Source of the DNA: Paraglomus brasilianum | Lineage: Eukaryota | Assembly (NCBI GenBank): GCA_910592345.1 | Contig: CAJVPI010000261.1 | Coordinates: 1 to 38,221, forward strand | DNA: 38,221 nt | Direction: 5' to 3' | Shown: piece by piece, positions 25,734-38,221 of the stretch | Layout: each line of letters starts with the position of its first letter | How positions within the stretch are numbered: position 1 is the stretch's first letter | Made by a program: the position numbers and the translations under genes | The notes under the pieces: model-generated | Databases searched by the model: none | The model's input: the letters and a program-made list of their open reading frames with translations, nothing else | Told to the model about the DNA's origin: nothing

Positions 25734-28674
25734 ATGGCAGAAAACCTTGTCTCAGAGGGCGACCAGTTGGAGGAGAGCGTTGATCTGTATGAAAGACCAC
25801 CCATTTACCCACTACCAAGGCAGCGGCTTTTTGCTGTAGAGTATCCGGGTTATATCAAGAATGTACACAAGGTCATTAGTACACTCGGAGAAAAAAGAGG
25901 ACTTTTGAAGGTATGAAAGTCAACCGGTGAGTGAGAGTATATAAAGAGAGTCATGTCTGAGGTTTACTTTACCAATAGAGGCGTTAAGGCTAACTCTTCT
26001 TGAAATGAGAGTATAAATTTCGAATTTCACCGCCTTAACATACTCGTCCTAAATGACGGTTGTAATTTCTACATTTTCAAGGCAGTCAACAAAGGTCTAG
26101 CGGAATTACGGTATAGGCATAACGACCCATTTTGTCATCCTATTAACGGGGATGTCGTTCCTACTGCCAATTTCTTGCTCAAAGTGACGAGACGGCGAAA
26201 AAAATCTTCCGGAAATCAGGGGGGAAACGCTACTAGCAAAACAAAGAACCCAAACCAGAATTTTAGTTTTGAAATTGTTGGAATTATAAATAAGACGTGT
26301 CGATTTAGAGGTAAGAGGGTCGTGATGAGGTAATTGGCCTAGATTTTTTTATTGATTTATATGCATTGATAATGTTCATTGGCAAAGAGCACTTATCATT
26401 AAGAATCCTAGCTAGAGATTGTGGAGATTGCAGTGACCGCAAGCAGTAGACATGCATTATGCAGGAAACCACATTTTACCCTTTTCGAAAAAATGAACAA
26501 GCAAATTGACGTGACAGTGCAAACAAGCAAAGAACGCGTACATTACTAAGAGCATATAATTGTAATTTTTGAATATTTATGTAGGAATGTCCGATGCTCA
26601 ATACGTTCCTAACCCGTACGATTCGATACCAAACTTACGGAGACAGCTTGGGAAATTCGACGGTGAGATTGCTGTACTCACATTATTACGTGTGAATTGT
26701 TATGGCTGAGTCAACTCTGTTAAAAGTGGAAGGTATGCGCAAGTTTACCTTTCAACAATCCGAGGATCATACAAAGCCAATACTCTTACCACCACCATCA
26801 CTGGCAAGAATCGAAATTCCGATGGAATATAAGTAAGTCCAACAGCGAGCCATTGTCAATATGTCGTGTTAATCAACATTAAAATTTCTCTTGTGTTGAA
26901 GATACCAACAGAATGTCTCGGTCATTAAAGTCATGATACGTCCTAACGAGACGAACGTAAGCAATGTATTGTGTTGTATTATGACAGCTCGCAGTTTGTA
27001 CTAATGAATTTGTACTGAAAGGTGCCGTCCGTCAGACTTATAAATCGACATTGGAGAAGGAAATTCGTTGCCTTGACAGTATCATTTGAATCAGAAAATA
27101 TCCTTGTATACATCCAATTCTCTAATGCTTTTATGGCGCTTACGTATATTATCTTAACATGCACACTTATCCCGGAAGGTCCCCCTCCTGAGGCTTTAAA
27201 TTATGTGGAATTACTGCCCAAAGAGCCTATAGAGAAGTTGAAGAAGGTATATGTTGTATCATATTACTTGTGCATTCAGTGTTCTGATAAAATTTAATGT
27301 CGTTAGATGTTTGAGGAACGTCCAGTATGGACAAGACTAGCGTTACTTAACACGCTTCCCAGATCGTACAAGAAACTCATTAGGAAGTATGTATATTGTT
27401 ATTACTTTGCCTTCCCATTCAAAATCCAGGTTTTGCCGCTAATTCGCTCATAGAACTGTAATTTTTGAACAGGCTTTTACCCTTGGTTGCCTATTGGATG
27501 GTTGGCGGTCCGTGGCGAGATTGTTGGATTTGTTACGGGTACGACCCGCGAAATGATCAAACATCTCGAATGTAAAAAATTTTTTGCCTTCATGTCTGAT
27601 ATTGCATTTGGTGCAGAATTTTAAGATAATGCCTTTAATATATCAAGATATCAACTTCTTGACGTCCGAAATACAAGACGGGGTTTAAGACTAGAACGAG
27701 CAAAACGAATGCTAAATGGGCAGCCATCGGCTCTTTCAGAATCTAGTCAACCGGACACTGTAACGTATGAAATGGAGACCGGCGGGGAAGACACGTAATT
27801 TTCAGCTATAAATTAGTTGTAAATCATTGATCTCTTAGCTAAGGTTTCTGAACCTCATTACAGGTCGACAGATCGTAATTCGCATATATTCTCAGGGTTG
27901 ACGAAGACACGAGACGTAGCAGTGTTCCAACTGTGTGATGTTACTGATCCTCTGCTTCAGCGTTTGATCAGCTCTCCTGAAAATTTTGTTGAAGTTTGTG
28001 ACGTAAGCTATCTTTTTATGATCCGCACCTATAGTGCCATCTGGTCATGACAAATGTTTGTCTTACAGGAGCTAAACGGATTTTATACAAGTAATGCTAT
28101 GAAGAAAATGAGGAAAATATTACGCCGAAAATTCGAGGCTTTAGATGAGAATGAGATCTTGTCCGAGGAGAGTTTTAAGGACATATTAGAGAGGTACGCA
28201 TCGGATAATGAAGAACTCCCAGATGAAAGCGGGGGCGAAGACGACAACGCATCTGCAACAGGTGAGACGACGTCAGCAGATCCTATTTCGAACAGGGTAA
28301 GTAAATTAGTCCATAATACGTCATATAATAAATCAGCTGTTATATTGTAGCAATTGCCGTTAATTATCCGATGTTTGGTTTGGGGTCAACTTCAATTGTT
28401 CATGCATGATTTTTTTTTTTTTTTTTTTGCAGATTGCCGAATTGATGCGAAACCTTCAAAATCAACAACAGTCGCAAGATGCTACAGGTATCGTATTATA
28501 TTTATGCCAAGATGGCTTTGTTGTGAAACTGAGAGCTCACCCACTTTTCAATTAGCCTCGCGTCCAACCGAGTTACTTTACCGTGTTGAAGACCTTGAAG
28601 ATTACGCCGATATTTTTGGGCCTGACGGTAGTGACTATGATGAGGATGACGAAGACTTTGGCGATAATCAATAA
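25734..28674 (+). CDS. TFC1: RNA polymerase III transcription factor TFIIIC subunit tau95 (Tfc1/Sfc1/GTF3C5), multi-exon
   Basis: FAVEYPGYIKNVHKVISTLG, LRYRHNDPFCHPING, CRFR/GMSDAQY, FEERPVWTRLAL, WMVGGPWRDCWICYGYDPR and FQLCDVTDPLLQ, ending in an acidic tail (DYDEDDEDFGDNQ*). Confidence 0.9.
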
Positions 28675-29133
28675 ACTAATAAGTTTTCGCTCAGCATTTT
28701 CTTTAAAAAAATTAGTTTTGTATAATACCGTGTTTGGAAGGCGATTGACTTGTTGCTAACCCCCCAGTAGAAGTAAATTCAGACTTTTATTTTTGCTGAG
28801 CTTCCAAGATCTCCTAACTTAATTAAAGATTGGGTAGGTTTCCGTCCTCAGACAAGACTTTGTACAGAAAAGAAACAAAAAGCAAGATTACTGTGCAATG
28901 AATTGAATGAAATATTCTATTCTTCAGCCATTGGTAAAGTCTATGATGTTAAATTAATTTAAACAGGGACCTATAGGCAAGTTGCAATTATTTCTATTAC
29001 GAGCAGGCCCCACATTCGGTCTTTTTTGTATAAATTACAGAATACCATGAAAATAGAGTTATACAAATAATAAACAGATATAATAATGAATATAATTTCT
29101 TCATCCCCTACGGAAACTGCGTGTCATACCACA

Positions 29134-31953
29134 TTATAGTCGATCGGAGGGCGACGTAGGAGCAGAAGTAACAGGTGTTGATGGAATCCCATCAGTCGCC
29201 TGCAATACATGAAAGTTCGCTTCAGTTCCATTTACATGGAAACTCATCTCTCATATGAAGTTGTAATATACACCTACCTCTATCTCCTCATCATACGTAA
29301 TAACGTTTCCATTCGCGTCAGTAGGAAAGTGGAAACGGCCTTTTGCATATTCTTCCTGCCAAAATTCTTTAATCCATCTGCCATGTCCGACGTCCGAGTT
29401 TACTTTCTTGCTATCAATATGGGAATCCTTTTCACGACGTAGGTCAGCAAAATGGTTAATCATATAGAGCCAGTTCAGCGTCTGATAAACGTTGAAGAAT
29501 TCTTCAGATACTGTTCTCTTGGCAGTAGTTGACATGCGTTCGTATAAATCCGCGTTAGTGAGGAGATCGAATAAACGATCTGCCACCGTCGTTTCGTCAG
29601 CCACGTCTACCAAAAATCCATTTTCTCCATCACGAATTTGGAGCGGAATACCTTTTTCGAATGATTAAATGTATTAAACCATGTAAATAACGTAATAACA
29701 TATAACCAAAGATCGTAACTGCTTTTATAGCTCACCTCCAGCTCTGAATGCAACGACCGGTACACCTGGACAGAAAAGAGTTAGAAACAAGCTATTATAT
29801 AACAAACCTTTTTATAACCCAATTCTCTTGTCGACATACCTTTATGGAGAGCCTCGGTAACCTTTATCTCAAAGCCCTCTCTGGTACTTAATTGTAGTGC
29901 TACGTGTGCTTTTCTTAAAAGGGTGTTGAATAGCTGATCACAAGCAGGCAGGCGTACCGCGGATATGTCTCCAGCAACCGAAGCATATTTGGGTTGTCTA
30001 ATCAAATCCCACGTTTCTTTATACACAACCGTGCCATCTGGATCGTCAATACTTCCGGTTCCACTGTTTGATAGATAAAAACGTAAGTATTTATCTGAAC
30101 ATTGAGCGTATAGTCACTGTTACAACAAACTTACCATATAATTAGCGATGGAAGGCGTAAATCTGTGCCGGCTAACTTTTCACGTAATAATCTAAACGAC
30201 TCTATGACGTGAGGAATTCCTGCATACACATGCAACATAAGATTATGTTCATATTCGATTATTGTGTCAAAATACACTAGTTACTCTTACGTACCTTTAC
30301 TGGGATCGAATCTCGCTATTTGAATTATATACGGACGAGTGAAATCGATCTTTATCTCACATTGATCATTAGACAATCTGTTGAATATCAACTGATAGTA
30401 CTCTATATCTGCATCGCTCATTTCTTTGTTGAGACCATCGAGGGCATCGGTCGAAGCTCCCAAAAGAACATATTTGTGGGGCGGTATGCAATCAGGTATA
30501 AAGCCCTTAATTGGGTGCGATACAAACAGATCAGCTAGAGAAATGAACTGCCAAATGAAGTTCCACGTTATTGCTTGAGGTCCTTCTGGGTTTTCCTTTA
30601 TTAAATCTGATCGGACTGTCAATTAGGTAACCCGAGTAAGTTTAATATTCTTCTAACATGTAATAGAAAGTAATCGGTAAAACTTACTCTCAATGTGACT
30701 GCGATAAATAACTTTGCAAGACGGATTGAGTTTCTTGATATGCGGGATAATACCGCACACTATGAGATAGAGAGGTTATGTACTAGTACAAGCCAATTGT
30801 GATCGCTATAATTACATACTTCAAAATGCTTACATTGTGGATCGTCTATTATAATCACATCCGATGTTCTTATGGGTCCTTCTTTATCACTCCAGTAACG
30901 TTTGACATTGGTGTCTGACCACTCTATAAACGCCTCCTTCTCGTGAGAAAGTAGTACAGTGCTTTCAGTTGCGACTCCTTGGAGTACATTGTGAAACTTT
31001 CGTTTCGTAATGTCGAATATTTCGGGTGAGGGCTTGGCCACGTACCAAGAAATATCAAGTCCCAAGAGACGACAAAGACGTATAAGAGCATGGCGCATCA
31101 ACGCAACTGTTTAATCAATTACACGTAGTCAGATATCTAATTAAGTACAGATCGCTCTATTTTATATAACATAATGTCATTCCGGGCTGTTCGCCAATAA
31201 GACAATATCACGCCCATAATTACCTCCTCCTCCCTGTGGAGTCGCACTGAAAAATGACGCCTTAACCTTCTTCGTTCTCAGCTCGTGAGCAATACATGAT
31301 ATCACTTCCCAAGTTTCCGCTTTGACAGTTTTTCGGTAATCAATTAGGTCACACAATTTTATCATACCATTAAGATCAACCTCGACTTCATGTCGAAATC
31401 CGACTGATATTCTTGGGATTGATCCGGGTATTTGTGGTGATAACCTGGCCGTTCAATGGGCGTTATTCGATTATTCATTTCAAATTGCGTTACGAGCCAA
31501 TCAAAAACCTTCATACCATATAACAGACTTTCTCGCTGCCGAGCTAGCCCGCTCATCGACTGTCGATCCCCTCGTACCAATAATAAACGGCAAAGCGTCG
31601 AGATCGAACCAAAACGAGCTGGCGATTTCTTTGGGATCGATAAGTACGGGCCCAGGCTTACCATTCGTTCCATTTACTTCCGAACTGAGTCCAATTGAAG
31701 AGAGTTTGTATCCATTCGATCGAAGATACCTTGTAATACGGTCAAGGACAACAGACAGAACTATCTCTGTTTTGACTGCCATACTCTGGGTGCGATGGAG
31801 ATCAATTGAATCTACTTCATAGTCGATAGCATATGTACCATCATGAACACATAGCGCATATTCACACCTATCAGTGTCGTGGTTATAATCCATCTCGAGG
31901 CCCAGATAAACAGCCTGATGTATGGATGTGTTGCGCATAGGATGGAAACTCAT
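29134..31953 (-). CDS. Fungal trehalose phosphorylase/synthase (glycosyltransferase family 4, ccg-9-like), multi-exon
   Basis: FFSATPQGGG|VALMRHALIRL, FDITKRKFHNVLQGV, IIIDDPQ, ADLFVSHP, QIARFDPSKG and ALQLSTREGFEIKVTEALHKG. The last exon ends ..APTSPSDRL* at 29134. Confidence 0.9.
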
Positions 31954-33428
31954 GATTATTTACGGGCAGATATGAATCAGTAACTTTGCAGTCAGCCAGT
32001 CGTTTTATATGTTGAGCCCGAAAATTTACCTAGCTGCAAAATGACGTGAAGGTTCTTATTATAGGAAGACATGACATAATACACGACTTTGAACCAAACC
32101 TAATTTGTATACCTCGAATTATCCCTAATCTTCTCTCTTGTTTCTATATAAAGGTTGTATGTCATACAGATGTATCATGCCACGCCAGAAAATCGAGTAA
32201 TAGACGAGTGCACATTCAAATGTCTAATTTTAAAAATCACCTCATTTTTGTTTCCACCTAATTAGGACAGTCAGACAGCAAAACAGTTTTATCATTAGAT
32301 CCAATGCGTTGTGATAATATCTAGAGTTGATGCTTCGTTGTGAAGGATCACAATAGCGCATACTCTACTGTTTTAAAATCGTGTATTATTCATTGTTAAT
32401 AATGACATTTTAAATTCATATAAAAGTCCTTCTAGTTTGACATCTCTCAAAAGATTCTATTCGCGTTTTCAATACAGAAAACTACAACCGCCTACTCACT
32501 CTCTTCTCTTTTTAGCCCTGACAAATCCCAATCCTAGGCTTATCGTCAAATCAGTGTTTATGTTGGTGAGATGGGAATCAACGTTTTCACACAATTTGAT
32601 AATGTATGAGAAGGAGAAGGCCGATTTTATTGCAATTGATGCAGCCCGGAACAGACTATTAACTGGACATATACAAAAGCCATTGCAGCTTGACCCTCTC
32701 GTGGTCAACCAAGATACTTGCATACGGTACAAAGAAAAACAAGAACAGATAAACTATTAGAAATGAAGATGAGAGAGTGGAGTCCAGAAGAAAAGGAGAA
32801 GTGATCGAATCCAACTACTACATAACTTTCTTCTGTTCCATTACCAAATCCACCTAGTCTTTTTATATTCATGGTGATGCATGGCTTAATGGTGGGTCTC
32901 ATAGGCTATGGCACACACTTTCCAGGTCAAGATTATGTCTAGTCGTTCGTTCATTACGATAACACCATTACACACGCCTTTCATAGCATCTCCTCCTCCA
33001 TACTCATCGACGACGACGACGACGACGACATCAACAACGCACATTAAACAGGCGAACGTACATGCTATTGTCTTGTGCAGGTCCTGCAACGTCATCTTTG
33101 ATACTTGTAGTCGGAGGGTTCTTTAGATAAAAAGTTTAGCAACAGCCAGTGCGATAAGTAAACTTTTCAACAAGTTTCTAATTACAAAATTAATATTCAG
33201 CCAAGGTGAGAACATTATGTAACACGAAATGAAAAAGCAAACGGTGAATTTGAATTTACTGGTAGATCTGAATTACAACGCCACAGCGTTGAGTATGAAC
33301 AGTCGGAGCTTCAATACGTAAATAAGCCAATAACGATAAATTAATGTATTAAAATCTAAGAAATAACCCCCCTGGTAATTTACCCATACATATAGTTAAA
33401 TACGCTCACACCATCTCTACCATTGTTT

Positions 33429-34228
33429 CTATGATATCATTTGCGACAAAATACCAACAACTACGAAACTACCGGCCATTGATAAAACTTTGGGCACAAG
33501 TATTGCATAATTCATTGATGGGCCATTCAATCGCATACTAGTCGAACCGCTCGCAGAGCCGCTCGTGGAACTGCCCGGTGGTAATGTCAGTCCTGTGGTT
33601 CCTAGTTTTCGGCAATCATTGTTTATGTCTGTAAGATCGATTAGAAGGAGGCAACGAAAGGTGTGGAAAGAGAATAATAGAATAGAATAGAATCAGATAA
33701 TGTGTATGAAAAAAAAATTCAACCTGGCAAATGAGAAAACTATTATACCCACCGCCCGTTTGTGTCAGGCCTGATGTTGATAGTCCTTTGGAACTGAAAC
33801 AGTTCAGGCAACTATCAAGAAACAAGAAATGATTAGAAATAGAACCCAAAGCAATCGGAGGGTTTACGTATGTGAGTCTAGTATCCAAGATGCTCGGCAA
33901 TTGTCCGTAATATGCATCCCTCTTCTAACGATTCCTCCACACTCTCCACATATTCTCACCTCTGATACGCAGCCAAATACGAATTCGTGCACTGACAATT
34001 GGCTAGTGTTGGGTCTACAAACGAAGTGGTTGCGGTCTGCTCGCTGGTTTGAAATTGCGAGTTACCCTGGCTACTAAGGCAGGGCGCAACTAGAGTGACC
34101 GTCTGTCCGCATGTATCGCAATTTCCGTCAGCGGAGGTGAGAGAAGAAATAGAAAGCAACAAGAGAACGAACAGATAAAGAGCTGAGAGGCGGAACGAAT
34201 GGGAGAAAGTACTGAGCGCCAGGCGCAT
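33429..34228 (-). CDS. Small secreted 8-Cys protein with Ser/Gly/Thr linker and hydrophobic C-terminus (putative GPI anchor), 3 exons
   Basis: Signal peptide ..LYLFVLLLLSISSLTSA. The spliced product is CDTC..C...CQCTNSYLAAYQS|CLNC...TG|DINNDC..GSSTSGSASGSTS...AGSFVVVGILSQMIS*. Two GT-AG introns keep the frame. Confidence 0.8.
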
Positions 34229-35228
34229 GTTGTAAGCGTGAATATTGAGAAAGGAACGGGACTAGGCGTACTGATCTAGCAGCAAGCGCTTTTTAGCAAG
34301 GACTTGGCATGCCATTTTGGGTGAACTATAAAGAAGTAGTGTACAAGCGTTTGACATGACCCCTGATTTATAATAATATATTAATATGTCATTTAGCGTG
34401 TGCCAAGGCTCACTCATTGTGTGTCACCAAACATTCAGTCTTTACGGTCTTTATTCGGCAAAACCTGAGATCGGAAACAGTCGCGTAAGCATTGTCTGTA
34501 CCAAACATTGAAATAATAAAGAGTCAAGCTGTGCCGCCTGTTTCTGGTCAAACACATACACAAATTTACAGAACCAATCATGCATATATTAAATAATATG
34601 ATCATTCATGTATGAATAACCTATCCAATACTTTCATTAATGCTGCGGCGGTAGTTCTGAATTAGGGAAGAAAAACAATATAGCCACCTCTTTTTATTGT
34701 ATGTTGTGATGACGATTCGAATTGTATTTTAATCCGTAATTTGGGGATTTATAAGCCACCAATATAAGTCAAGACTTTTTTTAGCTTGATTTCTCATATT
34801 AATGTTGCTTTCTTAAAATGGCTTACCTGACCAGCAATGTTGGAACAACGCGACATTACAAAAGAGGCACATATCCACAATTTGTAATGGTCATTGTTTG
34901 AACGAGAATGTATTGTTTAATACGCACAAAGTATCCAAATATAAAATATTATACTGCACTAGGCTAAGCTGTATCGTGCTACGATAAGACGAAGGTAGAT
35001 ACCAATGTCATATAAATAATGTTCTTTGGGTTAGTGTAACCTGATAGCCATTCATATGAATACAGGTAGCTTTCTTCTTCTTCCTCTACTCCCTCCCCCC
35101 CCCCCCCTTCGTACTGTACATATACTATTGTCTTCCCATGCTGTATACCGGGCCAATGTCTTTCTTGTAATGAATTACTAGATCGTACCAATAAGAATTG
35201 TATCAAGCGCTACGCTAATCCGCCGCAG

Positions 35229-35570
35229 AAATTATTAAAGCTCGAGAACGAATTCACTGATGCGGATGCCGCGTTTACTGCGCTGAGCACATCCCTCGAG
35301 ACTATCGGCAAGAAATCAAAGCATAGTAGAGAGTACTTTGTGAGAAATAAAGCTTGGTTGTTATTGGGAGATGCATATAATTATGTAAATACCCATACCC
35401 ATAAGAAAAATATGGCTGCTTTTTGGAGACAGTTTGCCGAACAGAGAAATAGAAATCTTGATACAGTTCGGAAAACGGGAAATCTGGGAAGCGCATATTG
35501 GAACTTGCAAACATATTCGGGCGTGCTCAAATGTTAAAAACAATCGCTTCGGTTGGGGAGAGAAAATGAA
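35229..35570 (+). pseudogene. Possible exon or pseudogene of an unknown helical protein
   Basis: After a GCTAAT..CAG acceptor, an open frame KLLKLENEFTDADAAFTALSTSLE...AFWRQFAEQRNRNLDTVRK continues plausibly in another frame as KSGKRILELANIFG. No family recognised. Confidence 0.3.
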
Positions 35571-37572
35571 GGTGTGCCGACAAACGGTTCAATGAAATGG
35601 ATAGAGTTTTTCCGTATTTGTTGCGACAAACAAAAAAAACCATGCTTAAATTTTGAAGTAATTCCCAACTGGATTATTATTGATTAGCTGTTTTTAAAGC
35701 CAATGCATTCTAAGCAAGGCTTGACTTATGTGAGATTATAGTTTGATGATAGTTCCAGGTGGACCGATATGCATCATCAATTATAACCAGCACACATTCC
35801 TTAACTTCTACCGCAGTCATAGTTACTTTGCTTGTGCCGCAGCCAGCGTTCCAAATACTACACTTTTCCGCAATTCAAAAATTTTTTTCTCAAGTTTAGC
35901 TGACCCACGAAAAAATTTACAATAGTCGTTTTACAAAAAAAACGGGAAGAGACACCCTAATTGAAGAAACGCTATAGACAAAACCAGTCGCACGTTTGTG
36001 TTGGTTTTCTTTTTTGTTAAAAGCATTCATACTACTTCAGTTGCTGGGCGAATGACATACGTTGTTGGTTTGACTTAACACTTTGGAAAGGCCTTAGCAG
36101 AAATCCTTGATTATGGTTCAAGGTTATAACTATCCTGAATAAAGGTTATGTCAAGTATGGACCAAGCTTGAGGGGTTGATGAACACTGTTACTAGGTTGC
36201 TACAATCATGTGTCATAGTGTAATGAATGCAATGTCTTATTTTCTAACTTGCATTAGCTTGTGACTAACTTACCTTACAATAAGCCAATAAATTACCTGT
36301 TTTTTTAAAGTTGGACGTATTTTGTTATGGTTCAATATTACAACTACCTTGTGAGATTTGTTGCAATAGTGTATTATCTTGTAGGTTACAGCATTAATAT
36401 ATGTATTTAATAATATTACATATCAGATATACAATTGCTAAATGCTAGCCCACTTTTTATTAATCGCCACATCAATTATAATGGTTGTTTAAAAAATTTT
36501 AATCTGTTATTTCTGATTGCGAATGATAATGCAATGCGATAAATAATATGCAGCGTTGGAAGAAGCCCATCGTAATCGAACGTTTGATCGGTATGCAAAA
36601 GCTTAGACTTTTGCTTCTGCTTTGCTTTGCTTCAGTTGAATAGCTTAGAGATGCAATGAAGAATTACATGAGTTTGGTATGTATGTATGGAAAAGCATAG
36701 TAATAGTAACGTTAAAAATTTAACATAATGTTATACAAATATGCCTACTATCGCGATATTCACAACGAGTTTAAGCTGTTTTTATCTATCTACATACATG
36801 CATAAGAAGAGAATAAAGCACGTAGGACGGATTTATTGGGGGAGATATCTATGATGAAATTAACTTTTGTAGTTCATTGTGCTTTAGCCTCGCAGTTAAT
36901 CTGCTTCATGATGGTGACTTACATACAGAGACAAATTGTTAATCCTCTTATAGAAAATGTTTTTCTGAACATAAACGAAGCGATTTGTATGAAAACGTAA
37001 GTTTTGTCTATGCCAAAAGCTGTTTATAATGTTTGTCATAAAATTTCGGCTTAAACATCTGAGATGTTCGGCTGGCCAGACAATATTCTCCTTAACAATG
37101 ATTATGATAATACTTTTGTGACTATGTTAACGAATATCTGTCCAAAAACAACACAATTACGACTTTTTGAAGAAGCTGATGATGATTTTACTTAAAGTTA
37201 TAACATGTTCAATATATATTATGTGTATATAAAAAACGTCAATATGCAACTAATATACGTCAAATCCATTATGGAACCAAGAAATCACGGCACAATAAGT
37301 ATGGGAATAAAAAATTACTTATAAACTTTACCAATGAGAATAAAAAATAAAATTTAATAAGCGAACATTGACATCAACACATTATGAGCAAGAAATAGAG
37401 GAAACGTAAAGAAAAGCGATTGAACATAAAGTTTCCCTTTGTTAAGATTTAATTTGCGTTTCGCTACTTTGACGCAATTGCATGATTTAATTTTTGGTAA
37501 GCATAATTGTATTATAAAGCACCTGAGTGATTGCATGGAGAAATATACTCGGATAAACTATTCAATAAACAT

Positions 37573-37895
37573 GACGTCGGCATAATATATATCATGTGTC
37601 TCGTTTGTTATCTCAAGTGAAATCAATTTAACAGTTGTCTAAGTAGGTAGACCATGCAAGCTGAGCTTTTTTGTAATTGGGATTTTTTAATAAACTCATC
37701 GAGTTGCTTATTGTTGCTAGTCCATTCATCGGATAATTGTTTATGTCCATAAAGGCACCACACGGGACTACATCGGAGTATTCCACATGCAGAGCAGAAT
37801 TCATATTGAGAGTAACAATGATAAAAGAGTTTACCAGCAACCATATAATATTTATCATCATATTTAGGCACAATTTCTGGATCAAATTTTGACAT
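37573..37895 (-). pseudogene. N-terminal relic of a Glomeromycotina-type protein kinase family gene
   Basis: CSACGILRCSPVWC..GHKQLSDEWTSNNKQLDEFIKKSQ resembles the WTSxNxxxDxFIxxxQ motif that precedes the kinase domain in expanded AM-fungal kinase families. The expected LEWIP motif and kinase domain are absent, and a frameshift and stop follow. Confidence 0.6.
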
Positions 37896-37934
37896 CAACT
37901 CTGTAATTAGCTTTTATATTATATATGTTGTACC

Positions 37935-38183
37935 TCAGTTGGGGACCCGTCTCAGTTCTGGACTGAGACAATGACCAACTGTCTCAGTTCTGGACCGAGA
38001 CAGGTCCCCAACTGACATGTCTCAGTTCTGGACTGAGACAATGATCGGCTGTCTCAGTTCTGGACCGAGACAATAACTGACTGTCTCAGTTCTGGACTGA
38101 GACAACTGAGTTCTGGACTGAGACAATAACTCACTGTCTCAGTCCTGGACCGAGACAATAACTCACTGTCTCAGTTGAGGACC
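37935..38183. repeat. Array of 23-bp palindromic repeats TGTCTCAGTTCTGGACYGAGACA with mostly 9-bp variable linkers
   Basis: Full units at 37948, 37980, 38018, 38050, 38082 and 38135. Partial units at 38109 and 38167. Each unit has inverted arms TGTCTCAGT/ACTGAGACA around a 5-nt loop. Confidence 0.95.
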
Positions 38184-38221
38184 ATTACATTAACTCTATG
38201 GCTACAGCTAACAATACTTCA

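Noticed and set aside
32437..33126. Cluster of short overlapping ORFs and a (GAC)n microsatellite
   Set aside because: No coherent gene model or known domain. It may be a decayed gene but cannot be supported.
37935..38183. True CRISPR array
   Set aside because: Linkers are only 9-15 bp and resemble one another, there are no cas genes, and the context is eukaryotic. Kept as a palindromic repeat array.

Overview
AT-rich, intron-rich eukaryotic DNA from a fungus. A Glomeromycotina/Mucoromycota-type genome is inferred from the gene style and a kinase-family relic. Host genes: WDR5/Swd3 (-), PEX11 (-), a membrane-anchored low-complexity protein with an 89-Gln tract (+), an F-box/Cys-rich protein (+), Sin3 (-) head-to-head with TFIIIC tau95/Tfc1 (+), a GT4 trehalose phosphorylase/synthase (-) and an 8-Cys GPI-type secreted protein (-). 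Mobile DNA: a complete but decayed pogo/Tigger transposon with perfect TIRs and an intron in its transposase, and an intron-bearing IS630/Tc1 transposase fragment. Most notable are two inverted, degenerate copies of a Fanzor2 (IS607-TnpB-like) RNA-guided nuclease gene. Their lesions are complementary, so the RuvC/zinc-finger half can be reconstructed, and one copy keeps a candidate omegaRNA hairpin. The window ends with an array of 23-bp palindromic repeats separated by short variable linkers. All calls come from manual reading and motif recognition. Exon boundaries are approximate unless stated.
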